A stretch of 64,000 nt of DNA, taken from contig CAYNEO010000002.1 of the NCBI GenBank assembly GCA_964396245.1, forward strand, positions 80,951 to 144,950, read 5' to 3'. A program made the translations under genes and the position numbers. How positions within the stretch are numbered: the stretch's first letter is position 1; each line of letters begins with the position of its first letter. Positions 48,012 through 57,616 of this stretch are shown piece after piece. The DNA comes from an uncultured Ignavibacteriales bacterium (lineage in GTDB: Bacteria; Zixibacteria; MSB-5A5; GN15; FEB-12). The notes beneath the pieces were generated by a model. The model made no database searches. It saw only the letters and a program-made list of their open reading frames with translations, and was not told the origin of the DNA.

Positions 48012-49223
48012 TCAGTGCTGACCGGTCGGCTCGACGATATCCTTCGGCTTTTCCGCGACATACCCGTGTTCATAGATCTGCCCGCGAACCGAGAGCGCGA
48101 CCTTATAGAGTATCGTCACGATTAAGGCACCGAACGCGTACACGCCTACCGAAATCAGGAACTCGGGCCAGGTCGGCCAGTACTCGATTACCTCTCCAAG
48201 CGGGCTCGGGACGAAACCGGCTATAACCAGACCGAGTCCCTTGTCGATCCACAGCGCGACAAATACGGCCACGCACGCCACCGCCAGCCACTTCAGGTTG
48301 TGCCGGATCTTTGGAACCAGGAGCATGATCAACGAGACGATCGACAATATCACCGATATCCACATCCAGGGAGCGAGGATGGTGTGACCTTCCAGACCGA
48401 AATACAGGTACTCGAAATGAGTAACGTGTTCCGGTATGTTGGAGTAGAAGGCGGTGAACACTTCCATCAGGACGAAAAACACGTTCACGGCCATGGCATA
48501 GGTCACGATCAAGCCGAGCTTCTGGATAGGGTTGTAGCCCGCATCGAACTTCGTGTATTTCCGCAGGATGAGACACAGGATAATCAACAGTGACGGACCG
48601 GCCGCAAATGCCGAAGCAAGAAAGCGCGGCGCCAGGATAGCAGTCAGCCAGAACGGGCGGGCCGCAAGCCCGGCATACAGAAAAGCCGTCACGGTATGAA
48701 TGCTGATAGCCCATGGAATAGACAGGATGATAATCGGCCTTATCCATCTGGGCGGAGCGATCGACTTGCGTTCGGCCCCGAGCGTGATGTGGCTGATGAT
48801 CACGTTCAACACCAGGTAACCGCCCAACGCTACCGTATCCCAGAACATCAGGGAGTGCGGCGTCGGATAGAGAAATACGTTGAGAATACGGAACGGCTGA
48901 CCCATATCGACAAAGATGAAGGTCATGCAGACGATCACCGAACCGATAGCGACGAATTCGCCGAAGATGGTGACCTTGCTGAACTCCTTGTAATTATGCA
49001 GGTAGTACGGCAGCACGACCATTACCGCCGACGCCGCCACACCGACCATGAACGTAAACTGGGCGATATAGAATCCCCAGACAACGTCACGGCTCAACCC
49101 GGTAATGGCGAGCCCGAAGTGATACTGTTTGAGGTAGAACAGGAACCCGACGCCCATAAGGACCAGCAAGAACGCTACCCAACCCCAGTAGCCTTTATTT
49201 CCACTCAGTGCTTTTTCAATCAT
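48012..49223 (-). CDS. dsrP: DsrP, NrfD/PsrC-type integral membrane quinone-interacting subunit
   Basis: The 403-aa product has about 10 TM helices. It is the last gene of dsrMKJOP. Confidence 0.85.
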   Translation of the reverse strand: MIEKALSGNKGYWGWVAFLLVLMGVGFLFYLKQYHFGLAITGLSRDVVWGFYIAQFTFMVGVAASAVMVVLPYYLHNYKEFSKVTIFGEFVAIGSVIVCMTFIFVDMGQPFRILNVFLYPTPHSLMFWDTVALGGYLVLNVIISHITLGAERKSIAPPRWIRPIIILSIPWAISIHTVTAFLYAGLAARPFWLTAILAPRFLASAFAAGPSLLIILCLILRKYTKFDAGYNPIQKLGLIVTYAMAVNVFFVLMEVFTAFYSNIPEHVTHFEYLYFGLEGHTILAPWMWISVILSIVSLIMLLVPKIRHNLKWLAVACVAVFVALWIDKGLGLVIAGFVPSPLGEVIEYWPTWPEFLISVGVYAFGALIVTILYKVALSVRGQIYEHGYVAEKPKDIVEPTGQH

Positions 49224-49230
49224 GATGACC

Positions 49231-50007
49231 TCACACTATGTAGTAGATCTGGGGTAGAGTCCCGAGACTGGGTTTGCGTCTTATGGCATAATTCTCGGCC
49301 AGCAATCGACGGACCTCTGATTCGGAATCTTCGAGATCTCCGAAAGTCATCGCACCGTTTTTGCAGGCTTCGACACATGCCGGTATCTGTCCCTTGGCGA
49401 GCCGTTCATCGCAGAAAATACATTTCTCGACCACGCCGCGCATCCGGGTCGGGAAATCTTCCTGTATTTCTTTGATAAATGGTCTGGGGTCACGCCAGTT
49501 GAAACTGCGGGCGCCGTAGGGGCACGCGACAACGCAGTACCGGCAACCGATGCATCGGTGCCAGTCCATCATGACGATGCCGTCACTTTCGCGCTTCCAC
49601 GTCGCCTGGGTCGGACAGACCCTGACACAGGGCGGGTTATCGCAGTGGTTACAGAGCACCAGTACCGGCGCTTTTTTCACCTTTTCTTCAAGGTAATCGT
49701 AATCCTGTTCTTCGAAGACGTGTTCAAATGGCTCCTTCCAGATCCATTTGATTTCATCCTTGCGGTTGTCGAATTGCGGGATATTGTGCACCTTATTACA
49801 GGCGGCCGCGCAATCGGTACAATCCGGGTGCTCGCGACACTTGCGCAGGTCGATCACCATGGCCCACCGACTGGCGACCAATGGCTCTTTATCGGGCGCG
49901 AGGTCGATCTTCGGATCCTGGCCGAGGACCTTAGACGGGTTCCCGGTGGCCAGTCCGACCGCGGTAAGCCCCGCGAGCTTGACGAAATTTCTTCTATTGA
50001 GTGGCAT
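49231..50007 (-). CDS. dsrO: DsrO, periplasmic 4x[4Fe-4S] ferredoxin-like subunit with a Tat signal
   Basis: I trimmed the track ORF to ATG 50007, which is preceded by AAGGAGG. The Tat motif reads MPLNRRNFVKLAG. Several CxxCxxCxxxCP clusters are present. Confidence 0.85.
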   Translation of the reverse strand: MPLNRRNFVKLAGLTAVGLATGNPSKVLGQDPKIDLAPDKEPLVASRWAMVIDLRKCREHPDCTDCAAACNKVHNIPQFDNRKDEIKWIWKEPFEHVFEEQDYDYLEEKVKKAPVLVLCNHCDNPPCVRVCPTQATWKRESDGIVMMDWHRCIGCRYCVVACPYGARSFNWRDPRPFIKEIQEDFPTRMRGVVEKCIFCDERLAKGQIPACVEACKNGAMTFGDLEDSESEVRRLLAENYAIRRKPSLGTLPQIYYIV

Positions 50008-50389
50008 TGCCGGCCTCCTTCGGGATGACATGACACTGCCAGCAGTACGGATCCACACCCATAAAAGTGTGACACCGGTCGCAGAATTGCTCCTTGTTGG
50101 CATTGCAGTCGAGACAGGTGTTACTGAGGCTGCGCTCGATGCGATGCCCGGAGGCATCGACATAGAACCGGTCACCGTTTCTCACCACCACATCACGCCA
50201 CTCGTTGAGTAAATCCATGTGATAGGCTTTCATATAAGCCGTATCCCTGACACATTCCTCACCCTTGACCGGCTTTGCCAGTTCCGGTACATAGGTCGCC
50301 TTTCCTTTGGCGAAATTGTACCACACCGGGAAAGAGATCAGGCCGAGGAAGATGATCAGGCCGATTATGATTTTGCCACGGTCTCGCAT
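49994..50389 (-). CDS. dsrJ: DsrJ, periplasmic multiheme cytochrome c subunit (only two canonical CxxCH motifs here)
   Basis: An N-terminal anchor and the conserved CVRDTAYMKAYHMDLLNEWR block are present. Heme motifs CDRCH and CWQCH are intact. The expected first motif reads CLDCN. Confidence 0.75.
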   Translation of the reverse strand: MRDRGKIIIGLIIFLGLISFPVWYNFAKGKATYVPELAKPVKGEECVRDTAYMKAYHMDLLNEWRDVVVRNGDRFYVDASGHRIERSLSNTCLDCNANKEQFCDRCHTFMGVDPYCWQCHVIPKEAGNATQ

Positions 50390-52002
50390 TCTTCCTTAAC
50401 CTCCTTTCCCATCAGCGGCGTACCCCGCAGGTCTGTCGTGCGTTCGTTCTCACCGGTCATGATGAGGGCATTGCCCAGCATTTCGTGAATACCTCCGACC
50501 TCCACGCCGGGCACCCAATACTCGAGCAGCGGCGGAAGCGTGGCTTTGTCGATGGCACAGATGCACAGAAGGATGTTCACGTCGTTTTTCTCGTTTACAT
50601 ACTTCACGGCATTGGCTCTCGGGAAACCGCCGCGCAGCCGCATTTCAAGGTTTTCGTCGGTGCCAAGACCGGAACCGCTTCCGCAGCAGAAGGTCTGCTC
50701 CTTGATCGTGTTCTCGGGCATCTCGTGGAAATTGTTCATGACATTACGAATGACATATCGTGGTTCCTCGATCAGCCCCATGGCCCGCGCCGGGTTGCAT
50801 GAGTCGTGGAACGTCGCGTTCCAATGGTCATTACGACTGGGGTCGAGTTGCAGCTTGTTGTTGCGAATCAAGTCAGAGGTGAACTCCATGATATGGACCA
50901 TCTTGGTCGAACGGGCGTGATCGAATTTCGTGCCGGTTATTGGCGAAATCGGCACTTCGAGGAAATCGGCCGGCCCGTTAAGCGTGTCCATATACTGATG
51001 GATGACGCGCCACATGTGGCCGCATTCGCCGCCGAGAATCCACTTCACACCTAGCCGCTTCGCTTCCATGTACATTTTCGCGTTCAGCCGTTTCATCGTC
51101 TCGTACGAATGGAACAGACCGAAATTACCGCCCTCGGACGCGAATGAACTCCAGGTGTAGTCCAGGCCGATTTCATGAAACAGGGCCAGGTATCCGAGAA
51201 GCGTGTAATAGTGGGGCGAAGCAAAGTAATCAGCCGAGGGTGCGATAAAGAGGATTTCGGCCCCTTTCTTGTTGATCGGCGCCTCGACGCGCACGCCGGT
51301 CAACTCCTCGAGTTCATCCACGGCAAAGTCAATACTGTCTTTGAATCCGTGCGGCTGAATACCGAGGTGGTTGCCGGTCCGGAAACAGTTAGCGGCCGGC
51401 GTGCAAATCCAGTCGATATTCAGTCCGACCAGATTGAGCAACTCGCGAGCCATCATGGTGATTTCGGCCGTATCGATTCCGTACGGGCAGAAGACCGAAC
51501 ACCGACGGCACTCAGTGCACTGATAGAAGTAGTAGAACCACTCCTTGAGTACATCGACCGTCAGCTCGCGACCGCCGGCAATGCTGCCGAGGATCTTGCC
51601 GGCGGTTGTGAAATCGTTACGGTAGACCGAACGCAGGAGCTCCGCCCTGAGCACGGGCATGTTCTTTGGATCGCCGGAACCGATGAAATAATGACATTTG
51701 TCGGCGCAGGCGCCGCACCGCACACACACGTCCATGAAAATTTGAAAGGAGCGGTACTTTTTCAGGCGGTCGCGCATTCCCTCGAGAATGATCTGCTGCC
51801 AGTTTTCCGGCAGGTTCCAATCCTCGTCCATCGGCTGGAATTTCCGAGGGAACGGGAGCCCAAGATATTTCAATTTATCCGGGTTGGCCCCGTAATTGTA
51901 GGTGCCCTTCCGGAATTGCGCCGGAGTGTGCATCCAGTCTTTACGGGGCGGATGGTGATCAATCTGCGCCAGTTCTTCAGGTTTCTTGGGTCCGTCAGAC
52001 AT
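50365..52002 (-). CDS. dsrK: DsrK, HdrD-like catalytic Fe-S subunit
   Basis: CVRCGACADKC and CTECRRCSVFCPYG motifs plus CCG-type Cys motifs (FCCGSG), 545 aa. Confidence 0.9.
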   Translation of the reverse strand: MSDGPKKPEELAQIDHHPPRKDWMHTPAQFRKGTYNYGANPDKLKYLGLPFPRKFQPMDEDWNLPENWQQIILEGMRDRLKKYRSFQIFMDVCVRCGACADKCHYFIGSGDPKNMPVLRAELLRSVYRNDFTTAGKILGSIAGGRELTVDVLKEWFYYFYQCTECRRCSVFCPYGIDTAEITMMARELLNLVGLNIDWICTPAANCFRTGNHLGIQPHGFKDSIDFAVDELEELTGVRVEAPINKKGAEILFIAPSADYFASPHYYTLLGYLALFHEIGLDYTWSSFASEGGNFGLFHSYETMKRLNAKMYMEAKRLGVKWILGGECGHMWRVIHQYMDTLNGPADFLEVPISPITGTKFDHARSTKMVHIMEFTSDLIRNNKLQLDPSRNDHWNATFHDSCNPARAMGLIEEPRYVIRNVMNNFHEMPENTIKEQTFCCGSGSGLGTDENLEMRLRGGFPRANAVKYVNEKNDVNILLCICAIDKATLPPLLEYWVPGVEVGGIHEMLGNALIMTGENERTTDLRGTPLMGKEVKEECETVAKS

Positions 52003-52005
52003 TGT

Positions 52006-52998
52006 TTATTCCTTCTCCACTGGCATGTCGGCGGCCTTCATGACTTCCCGGAATTCGTCCTCGTACTCCTCGTAGGTGTGTACTTTCACCGGATAATCCC
52101 AGGGGTTGACATGTCGACGCATGCGATTGTTGTTGGCCAGATTCCTGGTCGGGCTCATAAAGACGCCGCCCAGATGCATCAGCTTGCTGAATGGAAAGTA
52201 GGCCAGTAGGATGCTGACCATGAACAGGTGGATAAAGAACATGGTATCGATCCCGGCAGGTACTACTGGATGGAGGCTTATCAGGCCGGTTGCCAGTTCC
52301 TTGACCGAGATCAGGGTCGTTTTCGTGAAATAGCGAAGCAGTATTCCTGTCGTGACAATAGCCCCGATGAGATACAGGGGGAAATAGTCGGCAGGCAGGG
52401 AGATATACCTTACCTGCGGAATCAAAACACGACGCAGGAAGAGATAAGACAGCGTCACGACGACGATGATGTCCGTGAGGTAGATAATCGGCAGACCTAC
52501 CTGGAAAAAGCCGTCGAGATTCTGCAGTCCGAGTACCCACGAGGGGACCGGCTCCGCGAAAAACTTGAAGTGCCGGATCACGATAACCAGCAGAGACCAG
52601 TGGAATGCCAGACCGGCTGCCCAGAGCCATTTCGTGCTTCCGTAGACCAGCCGGGGACCATTCTTGAGTTCCATCCTGGTATTGCGGAAGAGCGACCGGA
52701 AGAACAGTACCTCGAGGGCCATGCGACCGATCACGCCCCAGATGTTGTGCGGGCTTTCGAGATTGTTCGACTTTATCCATGGCAACGACTTCTGCTGCCC
52801 GGTCGTCGTGGTGATACGAAATGGCACAGGGGATCCGGCCCATTTGATGATTCGGTACACGAAACCAATCAGAAAAGTGGCTATAGCGATATAGGGAATA
52901 ATGATGCCGAAGACATAGGTCCAGCCGAATCCCGCTACACCCAGAGTGACTATTCCGATCAGAACGAGCACCGCTATAAGGGGAACGAGGGCCTTCAT
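52006..52998 (-). CDS. dsrM: DsrM, NarI-like dihaem cytochrome b membrane subunit
   Basis: The 330-aa product has 5-6 TM helices with conserved His. It directly precedes dsrK. Confidence 0.85.
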   Translation of the reverse strand: MKALVPLIAVLVLIGIVTLGVAGFGWTYVFGIIIPYIAIATFLIGFVYRIIKWAGSPVPFRITTTTGQQKSLPWIKSNNLESPHNIWGVIGRMALEVLFFRSLFRNTRMELKNGPRLVYGSTKWLWAAGLAFHWSLLVIVIRHFKFFAEPVPSWVLGLQNLDGFFQVGLPIIYLTDIIVVVTLSYLFLRRVLIPQVRYISLPADYFPLYLIGAIVTTGILLRYFTKTTLISVKELATGLISLHPVVPAGIDTMFFIHLFMVSILLAYFPFSKLMHLGGVFMSPTRNLANNNRMRRHVNPWDYPVKVHTYEEYEDEFREVMKAADMPVEKE

Positions 52999-53561
52999 GA
53001 ACCGTCTCCTCCCTTCTTCTGAGTGATCGTGTTGATTTCGTTGATTAGTTGGTCGGGCGCCGGCTCGAGTCGCTGAGCCCGCATCCGGTCATAGGCGGCC
53101 GATGCGCGCTTGATCTCATTGATCCTGATCTCAGAGATCTTTTCCCGGCACCGCATATATGAATCGAACGCTATCAGGGCGAGTTGATCGATTTTAGTCT
53201 CGATCTCCGGCAATTCCTGAACCAACGACAGGTCCAAATGCAGTTTGCCAAGTTCGTCCCTGATCGCACGCTTCAACAAATATACAAAATGCACGGCCTG
53301 TGACGGTGCGAAGTCCTGAACGGCACGGATTCTGACAATATTGTCAATCGGTTCGCAACAGGCGTTGATGTCTTCGCTCTCGAGAAGAGCATCAAAGAGC
53401 ACTTCGGTCTCCCTGATAAGCGTATGCCCCACGGGGTTCTGGAACCGGTCCTTCTCGCGTCGGAGAAAGCGGTTCGTCTCGTTCGGGTAACTTGCAAAAA
53501 TCAGGTCGAGCCAGTGGCGAACAATCGCGGCCTTACTCGTTTTCAGTTGATCCTGAACCAT
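52995..53561 (-). CDS. dsrT: DsrT-like protein (RsbRD N-terminal-type domain)
   Basis: The 188-aa product contains IVRHWLDLIFASYP ... FQNPVG ... IVRIRAVQDFAPSQAV. It overlaps the dsrM start (ATGA). Confidence 0.6.
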   Translation of the reverse strand: MVQDQLKTSKAAIVRHWLDLIFASYPNETNRFLRREKDRFQNPVGHTLIRETEVLFDALLESEDINACCEPIDNIVRIRAVQDFAPSQAVHFVYLLKRAIRDELGKLHLDLSLVQELPEIETKIDQLALIAFDSYMRCREKISEIRINEIKRASAAYDRMRAQRLEPAPDQLINEINTITQKKGGDGS

Positions 53562-53625
53562 GGTCCATCCCGGCTTTCTTGGCGTGTCGGTTTCGGTACC
53601 GGCACTCCGGAAAACGCACTCTCAT

Positions 53626-53659
53626 AAAAAAGTCCGGAGAAAATCGTCGTTCCCCGGAC
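53626..53659 (-). terminator. Rho-independent terminator after dsrC
   Basis: The minus strand reads GTCCGGGGA-acgacgattt-TCTCCGGAC followed by TTTTTTAT. Confidence 0.75.
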
Positions 53660-53679
53660 CTGCATGTTAATCCTGTGAC

Positions 53680-54003
53680 CTATACGCAGCCAGTCGGCTT
53701 GGCCAGTCCGGCGACTTTGCAGGCGCCCTTGGCCGGTCCCGACGGGAACAGTTCGTATACTTTCTTCAGCGGGAAGCCGGTCTCTTTGCAGAGCTTCCGA
53801 ATCATGGGAGCAATACCGAATTTCAGGTAATATTCACGAAGATAGTTTACCAGTTTCCAGTGCTCTTCGGTCAGGTTTTCAACGCCTTCGGTCGTGGCCA
53901 GAGCCTTGGCAACTTCCTCATTCCATTGCTCCGGTTCCTGCATGAAACCGTCTTCGTCGACTTCGATCTTTATTTCGCCGTGTTCGAATATCGGCATGAT
54001 CAA
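53680..54003 (-). CDS. dsrC: DsrC (TusE-like sulfur carrier with the two conserved C-terminal cysteines)
   Basis: The C-terminus GPAKGACKVAGLAKPTGCV shows the canonical CysB-x10-CysA arm. Confidence 0.95.
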   Translation of the reverse strand: MIMPIFEHGEIKIEVDEDGFMQEPEQWNEEVAKALATTEGVENLTEEHWKLVNYLREYYLKFGIAPMIRKLCKETGFPLKKVYELFPSGPAKGACKVAGLAKPTGCV

Positions 54004-54056
54004 GTCCTCCTAATTGAGTTGTTACTTCTATATGTTTGTCTACTGTAATTTTTCAT

Positions 54057-55739
54057 TTATCGCATTTCGATGTATCCGCAGGGGCACTGTTCACCACATT
54101 TCTTGCAGCCCTTGCAAAATTCCATCTTAATCTTATACGGTTCGCCCTTCACCAACGGCTTGATGATCGCGTTGTCCTGGCAGTAGCTCCAGCATGTTCC
54201 ACAGTCGAAACAGAGGCCGCAACTCATGCAGCGTTTAGCTACGGCTACGGCTTCTTCCTGAGTCAGCGTCTTGCTGACTTCGGTATCAAGAGCCTTGAGC
54301 CGCTCCTCGACTTCCGTCTCGGTAACAGAGCCAGGCTGATTGGCCTCGTAATAAGTGAGCTGCATCTTGTCGGTGCGGATTAGCGGCATATCAGGCTCTT
54401 TATTCATCGGCTCATTCGTGATCATTTCGTGAATGGCCTCGGCGGCCTTGCGACCGTGGAAAACAGCCGTAACTGCAATATCCAGATTCAGGTTGTCACC
54501 GCCGGAGTAGATAGCCTCTTGTTTCGTCTGGAATTTCTCATCCGTCTTGATCCAGTCACGTCCTTCTTTCAGATCCTCGAAGCCGGTGAAGTCCGGTTCC
54601 TGGCTGATGGCCGCGATGATTGTATGGCATTCCAGATCGTAGGTGTCGCCTTCAATCGGCACCGGGCGACGGCGTCCGGAGTCATCCGGTTCGCCCAGTT
54701 CCATCCGCTGGCATTTCATGCCTGTGGCCTTTTCGCCGTCGCGATAAATTTCCAGCGGGGCAGCAAGGAACTCGATCTTGACACCCTCGGCAAGAGCGCC
54801 CTCGACTTCTTCATCGATTGCAGGCATTTCCGTACGGGTGCGGCGATAGAGAATGGTGACATCGGCACCCAGGCGCCGTGACACACGAGCCGCATCGATA
54901 GCGGTGTCACCGCCGCCGATCACGATAACCTTGCCCCCGACATCGATCATTTCACCGCAGTTGATGCTGTGCAGGAACTCGGTGCCGGTGTACACGTTTT
55001 CGGCATCCTCGCCTTCGACACGGAGCATCAGTCCCTTGTGCGCGCCGATTCCGATAAAGATCGCCTTGTATTCCTTTTGCAGGTCCTGGTACGGAATGTC
55101 TTTTCCAATGACCGTGTTAGTTTTCAATTCGACGCCCATATCGAGAATGCGCTGTATCTCGGCATCGAGGACGTTCTGAGGCAGTCGATAATCCGGGATG
55201 CCATATCTCAGCATACCACCCGATTTCGGGAATGCTTCAAACACGGTCACCGGGTATCCGCGCCGCGCCATTTGATAGGCACACGACATGCCGGCCGGAC
55301 CGGAACCGATAACCGCGATCTTTTCCGCGCGCTTTTCGTCGGTAAGCTTTTTCGGTTTGAGGCCTTTCTCGAGGGCAAAATCACCGAGGTAGCGTTCGAA
55401 GGCGTTGACGGATACGTTCCCTTCGAGTTCACTGCGATTGCAGTCGTCCTCGCACGGATGCGGGCAGACCCGGCCAAGAACCGCCGGGAACGGTGATGTC
55501 TCCATCCAGATATCGAAGGCTTCTTCAAATGCCTGATCGGCCGTCTTCTCGTATGCCTCTGCCTTGTTAACCTTCATCAACGCTTCGCGAATCCGGTTAT
55601 GATTGGGACAATTATGAATGCACGGAGGCAACTTTTCTACAAAATACGGCCGAAGATCCGAAGTCTCGGCGCCGCCACCACCGCTGGTACGCGACAGTCC
55701 CTTCAGACCTTTCTTCTTCTTTTTGACTACTTTAGCCAT
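54057..55739 (-). CDS. dsrL: GltD/NfnB-like NAD(P)H:acceptor oxidoreductase with an extra C-terminal 2x[4Fe-4S] ferredoxin domain (DsrL-like)
   Basis: The N-terminal Cys clusters read PPCIHNCP and CPHPCEDDCNR. There are two dinucleotide motifs (VIGSGPAGMSCA, VIVIGGGDTAIDAA). The C-terminus reads CMSCGLCFDCGTCWSYC ... CKGCKKCGEQCPCG. The gene lies between dsrN and dsrC. Confidence 0.55.
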   Translation of the reverse strand: MAKVVKKKKKGLKGLSRTSGGGGAETSDLRPYFVEKLPPCIHNCPNHNRIREALMKVNKAEAYEKTADQAFEEAFDIWMETSPFPAVLGRVCPHPCEDDCNRSELEGNVSVNAFERYLGDFALEKGLKPKKLTDEKRAEKIAVIGSGPAGMSCAYQMARRGYPVTVFEAFPKSGGMLRYGIPDYRLPQNVLDAEIQRILDMGVELKTNTVIGKDIPYQDLQKEYKAIFIGIGAHKGLMLRVEGEDAENVYTGTEFLHSINCGEMIDVGGKVIVIGGGDTAIDAARVSRRLGADVTILYRRTRTEMPAIDEEVEGALAEGVKIEFLAAPLEIYRDGEKATGMKCQRMELGEPDDSGRRRPVPIEGDTYDLECHTIIAAISQEPDFTGFEDLKEGRDWIKTDEKFQTKQEAIYSGGDNLNLDIAVTAVFHGRKAAEAIHEMITNEPMNKEPDMPLIRTDKMQLTYYEANQPGSVTETEVEERLKALDTEVSKTLTQEEAVAVAKRCMSCGLCFDCGTCWSYCQDNAIIKPLVKGEPYKIKMEFCKGCKKCGEQCPCGYIEMR

Positions 55740-55794
55740 GATGCAACCTTCTCGTCGTACGTTTATGGAACGCTGGACATCTCAACCGTTCAAC

Positions 55795-55828
55795 CGCCTG
55801 TCGCTTCTCAATGAAAGTGACACAGGCG
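55795..55828 (-). other. Hairpin just downstream of the dsrN stop
   Basis: The inverted repeat CGCCTGT / ACAGGCG has 7-bp arms and a 20-nt loop. No U-tract follows. Confidence 0.35.
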
Positions 55829-55842
55829 AAAATACCAGTCGT

Positions 55843-57336
55843 TCACCACCTTGCTTTCGCGTTCGCCAACTCGCCTCTCGGTCCGCTGCTATCTCCACCT
55901 CTGCCTGTGCCGCGATCAATGCCGGCATTCGTCGCATCGGTCGACTTACTGTCAACCGATGCGCTGAATGCGCGGGCAGCTTTAACAAAGTTGGGAGCCC
56001 ACTGAGGCACACCGTCGGCATGAATATGCATATACGATGCCATGGTCGACTTGAACAGCAGACCGTCGCGCCGCTTTCCCAGGCCCACACCGGTATTTAC
56101 CTGCAGACAGGTGTCGGCATCCGGCAGACTGCCGGCCGGCCCGGAATAATGAAATTCGTGACCCCGTACGGATTCGTTCACTCCAAAGAATGGATTTGCA
56201 CGGTCGGCAATCATTTTGCAGTAGCCGTGGCCTGCCGGCTTCATCGACATGACCAAATCTATAGGGAACACACCGGCCATGGAGTAATGTTCCGCCTGCC
56301 AGGTGAGTGACCGGCAAAGATAAATCAGGCCGCCGCACTCGGCATAGATCGGCATTCCTCTTTCCGCGGCTTCCTTGACCGAGTTCATCAGCGAGCGATT
56401 GCCAACCAACCGGTCGGCGTGCGTTTCGGGGAAACCGCCGCCGATATACAGACCATCTACCGAGGGGAGCGAGGCTGTATCCAGCGAGGAAATTGGCACC
56501 AGTTCAGCGCCGGCTTTCTCAAGGGCTTCCAGATTCTCTGGATAGTAGAACGTAAACGCCGTATCCGAAAAATAACCGATGTTAACAACCGGATCACGTC
56601 GATCCGTTTCCGGTAGTGCCGGGACCTCGAGTTCGTCGGCTGAACGGGCAATGTCCTGAAGGCGATCAACGTCGAGATATTCGTCGGCAATTTTCAGCAG
56701 AAGCGCTTCATATGCCGAACCGGCGGCATGTTCGGTGGGCGGTACCAGCCCGAGGTGACGACCGGGAATCACTGCATCGCCCTCTCGTAGCTTCGGGACA
56801 GATCCAACAACCGGTAGATTGCAATAGGTCATTATTGACTCGGACACAATCTGCTGATGTCGCGGTCCGGCCACCCGGTTGAGAATCACACCGGCAATAT
56901 TGACATTATTGTCAAACGCCTGGCAACCCTTGACGAGCGCCGCCACCGTGCGCGTTGCTTTGGTGGCATCGACCACAAGGATCACCGGGGACCTGAGCAG
57001 TCTTGCCAGCTGTGCCGTGCTGTGCGTGCCGCCGACATCGTGACCGTCGAACAGGCCACGATTGCCTTCGATTATGGCAAGGTCCGATTTCGCCGCATGG
57101 GTAACGAACGTTCGATACACGATATCATCGCCGACCATATAGGTATCCAGGTTACGGCAGACTGAGCCCGACGCGCGCGTCAACCAGGCCGCATCGATGT
57201 AATCCGGCCCTTTCTTGAACGCGGCGATAGCCAGCCCGCTCCGACGGAGCGCAGCCGTCAGGCTCAGGCTGGCTATCGTCTTGCCCGAGTCGCCGGATAA
57301 CCCGGCGATGATTAACCGTGGTATCTTCCTGTTCAT
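55843..57336 (-). CDS. dsrN: Cobyrinate a,c-diamide synthase-like amidase (DsrN, siroheme amidation)
   Basis: The N-terminus LIIAGLSGDSGKT is a CbiA P-loop. The C-terminal glutamine amidotransferase region contains YAECGGLIYL. The gene follows dsrD. Confidence 0.8.
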   Translation of the reverse strand: MNRKIPRLIIAGLSGDSGKTIASLSLTAALRRSGLAIAAFKKGPDYIDAAWLTRASGSVCRNLDTYMVGDDIVYRTFVTHAAKSDLAIIEGNRGLFDGHDVGGTHSTAQLARLLRSPVILVVDATKATRTVAALVKGCQAFDNNVNIAGVILNRVAGPRHQQIVSESIMTYCNLPVVGSVPKLREGDAVIPGRHLGLVPPTEHAAGSAYEALLLKIADEYLDVDRLQDIARSADELEVPALPETDRRDPVVNIGYFSDTAFTFYYPENLEALEKAGAELVPISSLDTASLPSVDGLYIGGGFPETHADRLVGNRSLMNSVKEAAERGMPIYAECGGLIYLCRSLTWQAEHYSMAGVFPIDLVMSMKPAGHGYCKMIADRANPFFGVNESVRGHEFHYSGPAGSLPDADTCLQVNTGVGLGKRRDGLLFKSTMASYMHIHADGVPQWAPNFVKAARAFSASVDSKSTDATNAGIDRGTGRGGDSSGPRGELANAKARW

Positions 57337-57360
57337 ATCGACGATACCGAAACCGTGTCG

Positions 57361-57606
57361 TTAATCGTTAGCGGCCCCTTCTCGGTGGGGCAGTTCAAGG
57401 AAACTCCCGCCGAAGTACGTGTAGACGAGTCGTCCGGAATCGACCAACTGCTTGATGGCACTTTTGCACAGCTTCTTGTCGACCTCGTCGCCGTACATTT
57501 CTATCATCGCTTTGGTCAGATCCATCGGTTTGAGCTTCTTCTGCCCGGTGGCCTCTTTCACCATTTTAAACATGGCGTCAGCTATTTCATCAACACTCTT
57601 GGCCAC
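57361..57606 (-). CDS. dsrD: DsrD-like small winged-helix protein
   Basis: The 81-aa product is Lys-rich and lies immediately after dsrB. It contains CKSAIKQLVDSGRLVYTYFGGS. Both the position and the pattern are typical of DsrD. Confidence 0.65.
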   Translation of the reverse strand: MAKSVDEIADAMFKMVKEATGQKKLKPMDLTKAMIEMYGDEVDKKLCKSAIKQLVDSGRLVYTYFGGSFLELPHREGAAND

Positions 57607-57616
57607 TTACGACCTC

